Assembly: GCA_965215565.1 (NCBI GenBank)
Contig: CBDCDZ010000004.1
Location: 1,568,001 to 1,632,000, forward strand
Direction of reading: 5' to 3'
DNA from: Trueperaceae bacterium
GTDB lineage: Bacteria; Deinococcota; Deinococci; Deinococcales; Trueperaceae
Length of the DNA stretch: 64,000 bases
How positions within the stretch are numbered: position 1 is the first letter of the stretch; each line of letters begins with the position of its first letter. Below, one piece after another: positions 45,918 through 55,602 of the stretch. The position numbers and the translations under genes are program-made. A model generated the notes under the pieces. It was not told the DNA's origin and searched no databases. It saw nothing but the letters and a program-made list of their open reading frames with translations.

Positions 45918-48760
45918 GCAGCCTCGACTCTGCGCCGCTCCGGTCGCGAGGACTTCCTTGCTCTCGGTTTTTCAGCCTCTTTAGGGCTGCCTTGCTGCAC
46001 CTTAGCAGCTGCCTCAGAACCTGAGTCCGCCTTTTCCACAATCCAATCCCGAGCGTCCCCGCCTCCTTGGCTAGAGCTTGCTTGCGCCATCTTCTGCAGT
46101 TCAGCTAAAGCAGCGAACCGCTCGACGCGCCGCTGACCGAGCTGCTCCAGCCCTTCGCTGACGAGCCCCAACTTCCCCTTCTGTTTTTTAACTAAACGCG
46201 CTTTAACCCAACTACTTAACGCACCCGGTTCGGCAAGCTCTGCAGAAAGCGCGTCGGTGAGAACAGTAACTTTTGTAACCTCGTCCGTCTCAGTGTTTGT
46301 GTAGACGAGCACTTCGGGTTGAGGCTGAGCTTCTAGTAGCGCGTCGGCCCAGGTGAGAAAGGGGACCTGTCCCCCCTCCTGCGCAGGCTGAGGTAGAGGC
46401 TGAGAAGATGGGCCCGAGTTCTTCGGCGTTTGCACGCGAGCCTTCTTCTCGGTCTCTCGAGCATCACTTTTCGCAGTCGAAACGGACGTTGGCTTTTTCG
46501 TAGGCACTTGAGCGGGTTTGGAACGTTCTCCAGACTTGTCCGACTGAGCACGACCTTGAGCACCTTTAGAAGCCTGCGTTTTATGCAAGGCGACAAACCG
46601 CTCTATGCGCTCAGCACCTAAAAGCGCCATGCCGTCGCTGACGATCCCTAGCTGCTCCTTTTGCTTCTTGACCCAGCGCTGCTTAACCCAAACTTTGAGC
46701 GCGTCGGGTTCGGCAAGTTCACCTGAGAGCGTACCTGCGTCTACGGCAATCTTAGTAACCCTACCTGTTTCGTTTTCGGTGTAGAGCGTAACCTTCGCTT
46801 TAGCGTCCAGCACCGCGTCTACCCAACTCGTGAAGGCGTCCTTGTCCCCTTCGCCAATCACCTTCCCTTTAGTCATCGCCGCAACCTGGCTCCCACTGCT
46901 ACGTTTACGCGCGATCAACTCGCTCAGGTTGCCTTTAGCTGCGCTGTGCGCCATCATCGCCGTTCTGCGTCCCTGCAACAGCGCGCTCGTCTCAGCAGCG
47001 ACGTTGACGTTATCGGGCAGCTTAGCGTGGTAGTGCTGCAACTTGTTTTGCTTGCCGTGAACTTTTGCCTGATCCAAACGCGGCATGACCGTCTTAATGG
47101 GCGGCATCCCGTTGGCGATCACCACACCCACCGCGTCCGGCCAGTCGAACATCTCCTCCATCGACAGGAGCGGGCGCGACGCCTCACGCTTGCTCGCGCC
47201 GCGCCGAAACGACTCTAAAATCTCCATCGAGTTCATCCGGTTGCGCGTCGTCTCGATGACGGTCATCTCACCTAGCGCCTCGGCAAAAAACTTCGCGTCG
47301 TCGAACTTGAGGTAGCGCGGGAAAACGAGGATGTGCTGGAAGAGGTTCGTCAGGAGTGAGTTGGCAGCGGCGCGTCCGTAGACGGACTCCAACTGCGCCC
47401 TGTTTTGCAGCGCCACGTGATAGCCCACGCGGTACGAGCGCATGGTTGCAAAGTTCTCCTCCATATTGGGCAATTCGCCTAAGCTCGGAAATTCGTCTAG
47501 GTAGAACGACGTGTCCACCGGAAGCGTACCGCCGTGCTCGCGGGCGTTGCGCAAGAGCGCCCTGTCCAACACGCGCTTCGTAAGTTGCAGCAAAAGCTGC
47601 CCGTCGCCGCTCAAGAGGTTCTCTTGCGGCACGCCGATATAGAGGATGGACTTTTTGGTTCCCAAAGAGGTCAGGTCCACGTTCTCCCACGGGTACGCGG
47701 ACTGCTTGGTGGAACGCTCCAGGCGATCATCGCGGAAAATCTGCAGCTTGCCCTCTAAGCCATTGACGATGCCCGCCAACTTCGCGTCATCAATTTCCAA
47801 AAAAGAGGTGAACATCTCCTTGATGTCCTTATCAGGGTGCGACTCGATAAAGCCGCGCACCGCACTCTTGCCCATCATGAGCATCCTGTAAAGCTGACCC
47901 AAAGAGGTTTCGCCCAGAAGCGTCAAGCCCCACACCAAACCCGTGAGCAACTTGCGCTCCTGGTTTTTATAGAACTCGGCGTCACCCGCGTCCGTGTCGA
48001 TGGGCACGATCATCCGCGCGAACTCGCTCGCGCCGTCGAAGGTGTCCGCGCCCGCCAAAAGAGGTAAATTGAGCGTTTTTTCGCTAAAGGGCAAGAAGAG
48101 CTGCACGTCATAGCCCTTCTCCTCAAAGAAGGGCACCATGTTGAAAAAGCCGCCCCGCGCGTCCGGGTATTTGAGGTCCAAAACCACGCACGACACACCG
48201 TCTAGAGCGTCCATCAAGAGGTTTTGCTTGAAGTAGCGCGTCGTCTTACCGGAGCCGGGACCGCCGACGATGAGGGTATGGGCGTTGCGCTTACTTTCAG
48301 GGACACGCAAGAGCTTGCCCGACTTCGTGTGACCGATGTAACCGCGTAAGGGCGATGAGAACTTACCCTTATCCTCTTTGCGCAGAGGTAGCAACTCTTT
48401 ATCTGAGGCCCAGCGTGCACCGCCTGGCGCTTTCTCCGCCCCTGAAGGTAGACCGTCAGCCGTGAACATAAACACGGTGCTGATGACGAGCGAGAGGGTT
48501 GTAGCTACCGGTATCCACCAGGGGTAACGCTGCGCCCACACCTCATAGAAGGGCCCGCGACATTCGGCGGCGCTAAAGCACGCGAAGGTGAACACGCCCG
48601 GAGCCTCCGAGTCCAGGTTGAGGTAGCGCCCCCAGCCCTGTGCGAGCATCGCTGTGACGCTCTGACCGGTGACGCTCAGGGCGATGTAGAGACCGTAAGC
48701 GAAGAGGGTGAGGCCGGTGAGGAGGAAGAGGAAGCGGGGGAGTTGGCTGCGCTCGAGCAC
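45914..48760 (-). CDS. VirD4/TraG-like type IV coupling protein with a duplicated C-terminal domain
   Basis: Two N-terminal TMs, GARWA, GGPGSGKT, LDLK, LDEFPSLG, ALQNRAQLESVYG. Confidence 0.88.
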   Translation of the reverse strand: MLERSQLPRFLFLLTGLTLFAYGLYIALSVTGQSVTAMLAQGWGRYLNLDSEAPGVFTFACFSAAECRGPFYEVWAQRYPWWIPVATTLSLVISTVFMFTADGLPSGAEKAPGGARWASDKELLPLRKEDKGKFSSPLRGYIGHTKSGKLLRVPESKRNAHTLIVGGPGSGKTTRYFKQNLLMDALDGVSCVVLDLKYPDARGGFFNMVPFFEEKGYDVQLFLPFSEKTLNLPLLAGADTFDGASEFARMIVPIDTDAGDAEFYKNQERKLLTGLVWGLTLLGETSLGQLYRMLMMGKSAVRGFIESHPDKDIKEMFTSFLEIDDAKLAGIVNGLEGKLQIFRDDRLERSTKQSAYPWENVDLTSLGTKKSILYIGVPQENLLSGDGQLLLQLTKRVLDRALLRNAREHGGTLPVDTSFYLDEFPSLGELPNMEENFATMRSYRVGYHVALQNRAQLESVYGRAAANSLLTNLFQHILVFPRYLKFDDAKFFAEALGEMTVIETTRNRMNSMEILESFRRGASKREASRPLLSMEEMFDWPDAVGVVIANGMPPIKTVMPRLDQAKVHGKQNKLQHYHAKLPDNVNVAAETSALLQGRRTAMMAHSAAKGNLSELIARKRSSGSQVAAMTKGKVIGEGDKDAFTSWVDAVLDAKAKVTLYTENETGRVTKIAVDAGTLSGELAEPDALKVWVKQRWVKKQKEQLGIVSDGMALLGAERIERFVALHKTQASKGAQGRAQSDKSGERSKPAQVPTKKPTSVSTAKSDARETEKKARVQTPKNSGPSSQPLPQPAQEGGQVPFLTWADALLEAQPQPEVLVYTNTETDEVTKVTVLTDALSAELAEPGALSSWVKARLVKKQKGKLGLVSEGLEQLGQRRVERFAALAELQKMAQASSSQGGGDARDWIVEKADSGSEAAAKVQQGSPKEAEKPRARKSSRPERRRVEAA

Positions 48761-48824
48761 AGCTAAACCTTTCTAAAAGCATGTCTGAAAAGAGTTGATT
48801 TCATAACTATCTCCGCCTTGAGTG

Positions 48825-50807
48825 CTAGTTCGGATTCTTTCTCTTGATTTCCTCTTCGAGCGCCTTCATCTCGGGTTTAGTTTCCTCTATCTTTGCTTTT
48901 CTTCTCTTAGTTTTATTTGGGTCGTTCATAGACTGGTTGTATCTACCTGAGAACGCTCTTGCACCACCAGCAAGCGCTTTTCCTCCGCCAATAGCAGCGT
49001 TGCCGCCCGCTGTTCCTGCGCCTGCTGCCACACCTGCGCCCGCAGCCGCAATACCGCCTAGCGCGGACCCCGACACCGCGTTTGCCACACTACCCGAGAC
49101 GCCGCCGAGAAATCCCTGTAGCAGACCGGGAAGTTGCTTCATAATGTAGATAGATGCGAGCACGGCGATGGCTAGAAAGATGAGGCTGAATAGCCACTGA
49201 ATCATTAGTTTCTGTATATTGAATAGAGCCGGCGGAATCGTAGTTCCTAAATTAGCCATGTAGAAGAGCGACGCATCCGTGGCAACGTTTTTAACACCTT
49301 CAAACTGCGCTAACATGTCTTGCACAATTTCATTAGTTGTGGACATCGGTTTTTCCACGCCTACCGTGACGACGACGCTGTAAACGAAGGGAAACGCAAC
49401 TATGTTGGCGAACGCTAGAAGGACCATACTGAGCCATCTATTGATCCAACTGCTCGAGCCCGGCAACATAAGGAAAGCGGCGACGACAGGTAGTATAACG
49501 CCCGCCAGTATAACAGTAATAGCAGACGAGTAAATGACGAGTAAGTAGATGCCGTAAAGAGAACCCATCAAAATCATTACGCCGTAGATACCTTTAGTAA
49601 AGCCACCCGAAAGCGCGGACGCCTCGTCAATAAGGTCGTTGCCGGGTACAACGTCAGGGACCAGGCCACCCGCAATTTTGATCGCTACCGTAGCAGTTGC
49701 GGCGGCGGCTAGCGCTGGACCTAGCGTGTCGAGTTGCGCCTCCAGATCGTCCGTCGCAGGTTTAACAACATTTTGCGACATCGAATCATATACACCTTCC
49801 CATAGCCGAAGAGTTTCACCACTGATAGCAGGCGCGGCGAAGATGAGACCCGAAGCCACGATCAGCCTGCCAAAAAGTGCGAGATATTGGTCCGATTGAT
49901 AGTAGTAGGTGATGTTGATGAGGCTCCACACGAAAAATGCAAAGAGAAGCGTCATACCTACCGTGTTGATATTTTTCGCGAGGTTAAGGTCATCCATCGC
50001 GTTCATCGTGGCGTCGATCCACTCCTTGGGGGTAGGGAGAAACGCCTGTTGCCCAGATGAATTGTCTATATCTATATTACTCAAGTCAAAGCGGTCTTCC
50101 ACCTCGGGTAGGTCATATGCCGTCACTTCAGGTAAGATGTTTGTTTTTTGACCCAACTTAACTGCGCCGTCAAGAAGTCTCTTACCAGCCCCTCGAAAGC
50201 TGAAACCCCCTTCCTCTTCGGCCCCTCCACCTCCTTGCCCTTGAACGCCTTCGGTTTCGGGAAGCCCTGCAGCGCTGATATTTATGGGACTGCCAGCACT
50301 CACCACTTGTCCCTCTTGAAGACCTGCCGCCTCATCCCAATGCTCGCCGTCAGGTGCGTAAACACTTCCCAAAAAGCCGTTGGTGATCTCGAAGTGGAGG
50401 TGGCGGCCTGTCGAGCGACCATCTTCAGGTCGGTCACCACCCATATCGCCGATGGTTTGACCGGTCTGTACATACGAACCATCCGGTACAGTCCTCTCTC
50501 TCAGATGACCGTAAAGCGTCGTTAGCCCGTTAGGGTGCTCAATATAGAGGTACGAACCGTAGCCGCCGGGGTTTTCCTTGTAAACCACCCTGCCCTCGTA
50601 CGCCGCAACAACGGGAACAGCTTGGCTCGAGGGCGTACCATCGGGCGGAACGATGTCGATGCCTTTATGTGGTCTTCCCCAACGCTCTTTGATGTGCGAG
50701 CTAACCGGGCCAGTGGTTGGTTGAACAAACTGCGCTTGAGCAGTTTCGCTAAGGAGCAAAAGTAGCACGCAAATGAACAAGCTATATTTTATGGTGACCT
50801 TTGCCAT
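48825..50807 (-). CDS. M23 metallopeptidase fused to a VirB6/TrbL-like polytopic membrane domain
   Basis: HKGID, GYG, YGHL and HLHFE M23 motifs; then several TMs and a Gly/Ala-rich tail. Confidence 0.75.
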   Translation of the reverse strand: MAKVTIKYSLFICVLLLLLSETAQAQFVQPTTGPVSSHIKERWGRPHKGIDIVPPDGTPSSQAVPVVAAYEGRVVYKENPGGYGSYLYIEHPNGLTTLYGHLRERTVPDGSYVQTGQTIGDMGGDRPEDGRSTGRHLHFEITNGFLGSVYAPDGEHWDEAAGLQEGQVVSAGSPINISAAGLPETEGVQGQGGGGAEEEGGFSFRGAGKRLLDGAVKLGQKTNILPEVTAYDLPEVEDRFDLSNIDIDNSSGQQAFLPTPKEWIDATMNAMDDLNLAKNINTVGMTLLFAFFVWSLINITYYYQSDQYLALFGRLIVASGLIFAAPAISGETLRLWEGVYDSMSQNVVKPATDDLEAQLDTLGPALAAAATATVAIKIAGGLVPDVVPGNDLIDEASALSGGFTKGIYGVMILMGSLYGIYLLVIYSSAITVILAGVILPVVAAFLMLPGSSSWINRWLSMVLLAFANIVAFPFVYSVVVTVGVEKPMSTTNEIVQDMLAQFEGVKNVATDASLFYMANLGTTIPPALFNIQKLMIQWLFSLIFLAIAVLASIYIMKQLPGLLQGFLGGVSGSVANAVSGSALGGIAAAGAGVAAGAGTAGGNAAIGGGKALAGGARAFSGRYNQSMNDPNKTKRRKAKIEETKPEMKALEEEIKRKNPN

Positions 50808-51982
50808 TAGTACTTGAACAACCCGTTGTCGCTGAGTGAAATCAATTTCGAATTGGGCTCTTCTACCATTGTGTTACCCATAGCTTCTAGTGTACCGATC
50901 GCTGTTGCAGCGTCGTCCGCGTAGCTATTGATCTGTTGCATGATACTTCTCTGCTTTTCAGTAATTTCGTCTAACCGGTTTGCGCGCATCGTCTGGTGCA
51001 TCGCCGTCAATTCATTCGTATTATAGGTTCCTGAGAGCACCTGCGCTTTCATCAGGTCACTCAAGTTGGTAAAACCCATAGAAATAAGCTCACCCTGAGT
51101 GAGTAGGTCTTGAGTGAACTGCGTTACAGCCGCTCTCGTTGTGGGTACAGCGTTAATAATATCTGTTGCTGCAGGTACAAAATCCTTTCGATACTTCTGG
51201 TCAATTTCGTTTATTGTCGTGGACTCTAGAACCTTCTCAGCTACGTTGCCTGCCTCTACCGCATTGGCAAGAGACCTACCTTGAGCGACGATGTTGTCGG
51301 CTTTCTCGACGCCTAGCAGGTCGTTTGCTCTTCTAAGAAGGGGGTTGTACGCAAGTGCATCGTGGAACTTACGCTCGGGTGTGCCTTCAGGCGCATTGGC
51401 TGCGTTTTGCGCCTCCAACTCTATTTTTTCCAAAGCGATATCGCCCACAACATCAAGGATTTCGTCACCGCTATCTTCAGGTTTGAGGATGGCAGCCTCG
51501 AGTCTTTGGGAAAACTCATTCAGCTCATCTCTTGTAATTTGCGAACCCAGACCGAGGTCGTACTGCAGAAAGTCGGTCGCTAGATTTTTACCCCACCCGC
51601 TCAGCACGGTCTCGTAATTCTCGAACATGTAGGTGACATCTTGGTACGTATCAGAGATGCCACAAGCAACGTCCTCGACAGTCTGCCCCGCATCTTCTTG
51701 AGTTACGCCGTCGCACACTCCCGTAAGCAGTTCCTCAAAGGAGAAATCCTGGATGAGGTTGTAACCCTGAGTAAAGTACTCTCCATATTCGTTCCAGAGA
51801 TTACCTAAATCTTCATCGACTACACCCAGGAGACCACCAACACCCTCGCCCTCTGGCATATCCGCACAGGTTTCTCCCCCTGCAAAACCTGGCGTGCAAA
51901 ATTGACCATCTTGAGCCGACGCTACGCTCAGTAGCCCTACCAGGCAGACCGCTGTAGCAGAAAGAAAAAATTTGCTCATCAC
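50807..51982 (-). CDS. Exported helical protein, VirB5/TrbJ-like by position
   Basis: Signal peptide (ASA-Q); sits between VirB4 and the VirB6-like gene; acidic, Cys pairs near the N-terminus. Confidence 0.5.
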   Translation of the reverse strand: MMSKFFLSATAVCLVGLLSVASAQDGQFCTPGFAGGETCADMPEGEGVGGLLGVVDEDLGNLWNEYGEYFTQGYNLIQDFSFEELLTGVCDGVTQEDAGQTVEDVACGISDTYQDVTYMFENYETVLSGWGKNLATDFLQYDLGLGSQITRDELNEFSQRLEAAILKPEDSGDEILDVVGDIALEKIELEAQNAANAPEGTPERKFHDALAYNPLLRRANDLLGVEKADNIVAQGRSLANAVEAGNVAEKVLESTTINEIDQKYRKDFVPAATDIINAVPTTRAAVTQFTQDLLTQGELISMGFTNLSDLMKAQVLSGTYNTNELTAMHQTMRANRLDEITEKQRSIMQQINSYADDAATAIGTLEAMGNTMVEEPNSKLISLSDNGLFKY

Positions 51983-54507
51983 TCCCTCACTCCCTGCGGA
52001 TACCTCGCCGCGAGTTCGTCCAAAGCCGCAACCAAGTTGCCGCCGTGCTCATCTAATACCTCTTTGCGTTTCGCCATGTCGTAAGCGTTGGTGGTGTAAG
52101 CCCAGTACTCGACGGGCGTAGGGCGAACGATCATCACGTCTCCTTCCAGCCGGTCTTCGCGGCGAATCCAGGTCAAGACTTCACTAAAACTACCGCTACG
52201 GCTCGTGAGCGAGCGAAAGACTTCGATGCCTCTGTCGCTCATCTCTAAAAGTTCTTGGACAAGGGCGTCTTCGCCAGGAAGTCTCAGCAAGTAGTGGTAC
52301 GTCGTGTTTTGCAAAAGCCCTTTGGCGTTCTCACCGACGAAATCTTGCAGGCTTTGTGTGACGGCGTAAGCGGCGGCGTTGTAGCGCCGAAAACGGCGGT
52401 AGAGTTCGATCATGAAGCTCGCCGCCTCGTTCACCTTCATGATGCTCCAGGCTTCGTCGAATACAGCGATTTTGCGCTTGGCAGGGTCCTTCTTGACGCG
52501 CTTCCAGATGAGGTCGGAGACGAGGAGCGTACCAACCGCTTGCAGCTCCGGGTAGCGGTCTAACCCGGTGGTCTCGTAGTAGACGACGTTCGCGTCTGAG
52601 CGTATATTCGTCTCGCGGTCGACAAAGCGCCCGAAGGGGGTGTCGCCCGTCCAGTTCTGTAAGCGCAGGGAGAGGCTGCGGGCGATGTCGCGTTCGGCTT
52701 CACTCGCGGGGCGGTCGCCGATCTCTTCCATTGTGACCAGGACGCGCGCTAAGTCGGAGAGCTTCGCGCCTGCAAAAAAGCGCTCGACTGTGCCGTCCTC
52801 TTTACGTCGCTCGCTCGTGAAGCGCGAATACGTTTGACTGATGGCGTGGTTCAAAATAGCGTTTTCGGTTGCGCCAACTGCGCCCCCCTCAGAGGGCACC
52901 ATCGCGCGAATCAGGGCAAGCAAAAAGGCGCGCTTCTCCTCGTCGGGACTCACTTCACCGGGGGGCAAATCGAAGGGGTTAATGCTGACCTTACCGGGTT
53001 CGATCGGAATGGTTTCGCCGTCGAAAAGTTCGACGAGGTGCGCGTAGCCGTAACCACGGTCGATGATCATGACGTCAACGTCGCCGCGCAGCAGTTCGCC
53101 TAAAAGCGTCTGCATCAAAAAGGTCTTGCCACTGCCCGACGAACCCACGACAATGGCGTTCCAGTTCGAGCTGCGCGGATCGAAGGGATCGAGCGCGGTC
53201 AAGGAGTCCCAGCGGTTCCACAAAAGGGTGACGGGTTTGCCCGAGCCGGGCCAGGGCATGTCCACCGGGAAGAAGTCGGCGGCGTTCTCTTCGAAGGTCA
53301 AAAAGGTGCGCTCATTGGTACCGCCGGAGAAGGGCGCGAGCGCCAGATACTGCGTCATGAGCCCGGCGGACTCGATGATGCCTTGCGCGCCAGGGAGGTG
53401 CGCGAGCTTGTTCGTCGCGTCCTGCATCCCCTCTTTAACGCCCTCCAAGGTTTTATCCATCAAAGCCATCGTGACACCCACGCGGTAGACGTGGGAGCCG
53501 CTCAGTGACGCCTCGGAGAGCGCCTCGTCCACCTCGTGAAAGCCCTGACGCATCGAGGGGTCGGAGTAGTCGGTGAAGCCGCCGCGCATCGTCGTCGCGG
53601 AGTAGAGCCTCCGCGCCTGATTCATAAGCGCGCGCACCGTCTTACCGTAGGGCTCGTGGCAGAAGTCGATACAGAGCCAGAAGAGTTTGGGCATACTGAG
53701 GAGGTGACCGATGAGACCGGTATAGGTGTAGCCGACGGGCAGCGAGCCCATGCTGAGCATCTGCACGTAGTAGTCCGAGACGCGCAGGTTGTTCCAGCGC
53801 CTGATGAGGTCGGAGTTGACCACTTGTGAGCGCAGGGTGGGCGGCGCGAGATGCGGCATCTCTTTAAGGACCTCTTTCGGCAGGTGAACCTCGGGCGCTT
53901 CGTAGTCTGGGATGTCGCCGAAGCGCGCGTCGGGGTTGAACCAGCGGTACATCGTCTCGAAGATGCCTTGGTTGAGAAGCGGGATAGGGGCGAAACCCGC
54001 GTCGCGAAAGGTCGTATAGAGTTTGTTGCGTAAAATATGCGCCCTTTCTAAAATCTTTGTCATCTCACCAGGGCTGTAAGACTGCGTCCGCTTGCGCTTG
54101 CGTTGCGGGCTGAGGGTACAGGTTACATAGAATCTATATTCGACTAAATTGCCCTCTTTGCGCGTCGCGTCGAGGTTGCGCACCTTGTTGACGGTTAGGA
54201 GATGCGCCGAGGGGTGGTCTGTATTCAACCCCTTCTGATAGCGCTGCAGAATGCTCCGACGCATTGGCGTCGCTTCAATGAGGAGGCGCATCCGCTCGTC
54301 TTGCGGGACCGCGTGGCGAAGCACGTTCGTCAACGTCGCGTTGAGCGAATCCAACTCGGCGCTGCTCAGTAACAGCGTGTTGATCGAGCGGATTTCGACG
54401 CCCACCTCGACTTGACCGTTGTTCAGAAACACCACACCGTCCAAAATGTCATGAAACGGTAGCTGCTCCGCGAACGACGCCTCATCCCTCGTAAGAGATT
54501 GTGCCAC
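51979..54507 (-). CDS. VirB4-family type IV secretion ATPase
   Basis: GSSGSGKT, IIDRG, SINPF, FDEAW, RRYN, VTQS. Confidence 0.9.
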   Translation of the reverse strand: MAQSLTRDEASFAEQLPFHDILDGVVFLNNGQVEVGVEIRSINTLLLSSAELDSLNATLTNVLRHAVPQDERMRLLIEATPMRRSILQRYQKGLNTDHPSAHLLTVNKVRNLDATRKEGNLVEYRFYVTCTLSPQRKRKRTQSYSPGEMTKILERAHILRNKLYTTFRDAGFAPIPLLNQGIFETMYRWFNPDARFGDIPDYEAPEVHLPKEVLKEMPHLAPPTLRSQVVNSDLIRRWNNLRVSDYYVQMLSMGSLPVGYTYTGLIGHLLSMPKLFWLCIDFCHEPYGKTVRALMNQARRLYSATTMRGGFTDYSDPSMRQGFHEVDEALSEASLSGSHVYRVGVTMALMDKTLEGVKEGMQDATNKLAHLPGAQGIIESAGLMTQYLALAPFSGGTNERTFLTFEENAADFFPVDMPWPGSGKPVTLLWNRWDSLTALDPFDPRSSNWNAIVVGSSGSGKTFLMQTLLGELLRGDVDVMIIDRGYGYAHLVELFDGETIPIEPGKVSINPFDLPPGEVSPDEEKRAFLLALIRAMVPSEGGAVGATENAILNHAISQTYSRFTSERRKEDGTVERFFAGAKLSDLARVLVTMEEIGDRPASEAERDIARSLSLRLQNWTGDTPFGRFVDRETNIRSDANVVYYETTGLDRYPELQAVGTLLVSDLIWKRVKKDPAKRKIAVFDEAWSIMKVNEAASFMIELYRRFRRYNAAAYAVTQSLQDFVGENAKGLLQNTTYHYLLRLPGEDALVQELLEMSDRGIEVFRSLTSRSGSFSEVLTWIRREDRLEGDVMIVRPTPVEYWAYTTNAYDMAKRKEVLDEHGGNLVAALDELAARYPQGVRE

Positions 54508-54907
54508 GGGGTCTCACCTCCTCACCTAAGGGTTCTACATGACCTCTACGCTTGCCGCTGTTACCCCGACGCCCAAAGCGTCCTGCGTTACGCGGGCGCA
54601 CCTGCGCGTGATCCACGATGAGCGGGACGTTGTCGGTGTCGGGGACGCACCTATAAACCTCTGGTTCACCCAACCAAACGATAAAGTGTTCGGCGAATTT
54701 GTCAGGAACCTTATCCTTGAGGAGGTACCAGCCCCAGTAGACGAACGCCACTATAAAGAGGCACAAGAAGAGCTTGAGGCGGGGCGGGGCGAAGACACCT
54801 AGCACCTGTATGCTGAAGACAAAGGTACCCAAGATGACGCCCCAGTCGACGACGGACATCCCCAAAATCGTGAACTTGCTCTCCAATTTATAGAGGCGGT
54901 GCTTCAT
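54482..54907 (-). CDS. VirB3-like membrane protein
   Basis: Two TMs; lies between the pilin and VirB4 genes and overlaps the VirB4 start. Confidence 0.6.
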   Translation of the reverse strand: MKHRLYKLESKFTILGMSVVDWGVILGTFVFSIQVLGVFAPPRLKLFLCLFIVAFVYWGWYLLKDKVPDKFAEHFIVWLGEPEVYRCVPDTDNVPLIVDHAQVRPRNAGRFGRRGNSGKRRGHVEPLGEEVRPRGTISYEG

Positions 54908-54926
54908 AACATTCCTCTTCTAAACC

Positions 54927-55349
54927 TTAGGCGCAGGGTGCCTGAAGGAGCGCGGCGAAGGCTGTGCTCGAGCCGAGGATGAGCGTCGTGCCGACGGCGG
55001 CGCGCGCGATCATGGGCATGGCGTCGCGGCTGGCAACCTGCAGCGCGATAAGTCCCGCAACGAGCACGAGAAACCCGATGCCGATACCGAGCGGCCCGGT
55101 GAGACCGTTTGCCACTGCACAAACGGTGTTGGTAACCTCACCGAAAGCGGTGTCACCGTCAGCCGTTGGCGTGGCGGTACCGTTGGAGAGCACCTGAGCC
55201 ACAGCGACGTTGCCGACGGTCAAACCGCCAATAGCGAGACCTACGACAGCTACAGGTGCAAAGGACATGAGGCACGCCATTAAGGTTGAGGCGAGCTTGC
55301 GGGTGAACGTACGAGGGTGCTTCGCAGAGGATTGGGTAGATTGCTTCAT
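54927..55349 (-). CDS. VirB2/TrbC-like pilin
   Basis: Long signal peptide ending AVA-Q, LTGPLG, two hydrophobic helices; AAGGAG RBS; first gene of the operon. Confidence 0.72.
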   Translation of the reverse strand: MKQSTQSSAKHPRTFTRKLASTLMACLMSFAPVAVVGLAIGGLTVGNVAVAQVLSNGTATPTADGDTAFGEVTNTVCAVANGLTGPLGIGIGFLVLVAGLIALQVASRDAMPMIARAAVGTTLILGSSTAFAALLQAPCA

Positions 55350-55602
55350 CTCTACTCTCCTTTAGGTTGAGCGGGTGAATTTGTGTGCAGCTCAACTGAG
55401 GGTCAGCGTACCGAAGCTAGAAAACCCACGAGAGGTTAAGCAGTTCTGATTCTGCGGCTTGACTTCCGTACTTCGGGTTTCCCGATAAAAGATCGTTTTT
55501 CCGCGCGACGACGGGAGGGCTGCGTTGTCTCTAACGAGGTCTACGAGCCGCAAAAGCTAAACACATCCTTTACATGGCTGAATTTCCTATACTAGGCTCA
55601 AC

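Noticed and set aside
55350..55602. Possible oriT or c-di-GMP riboswitch in the T4SS divergent spacer
   Set aside because: No convincing nic-site/inverted-repeat arrangement or GEMM consensus recognised
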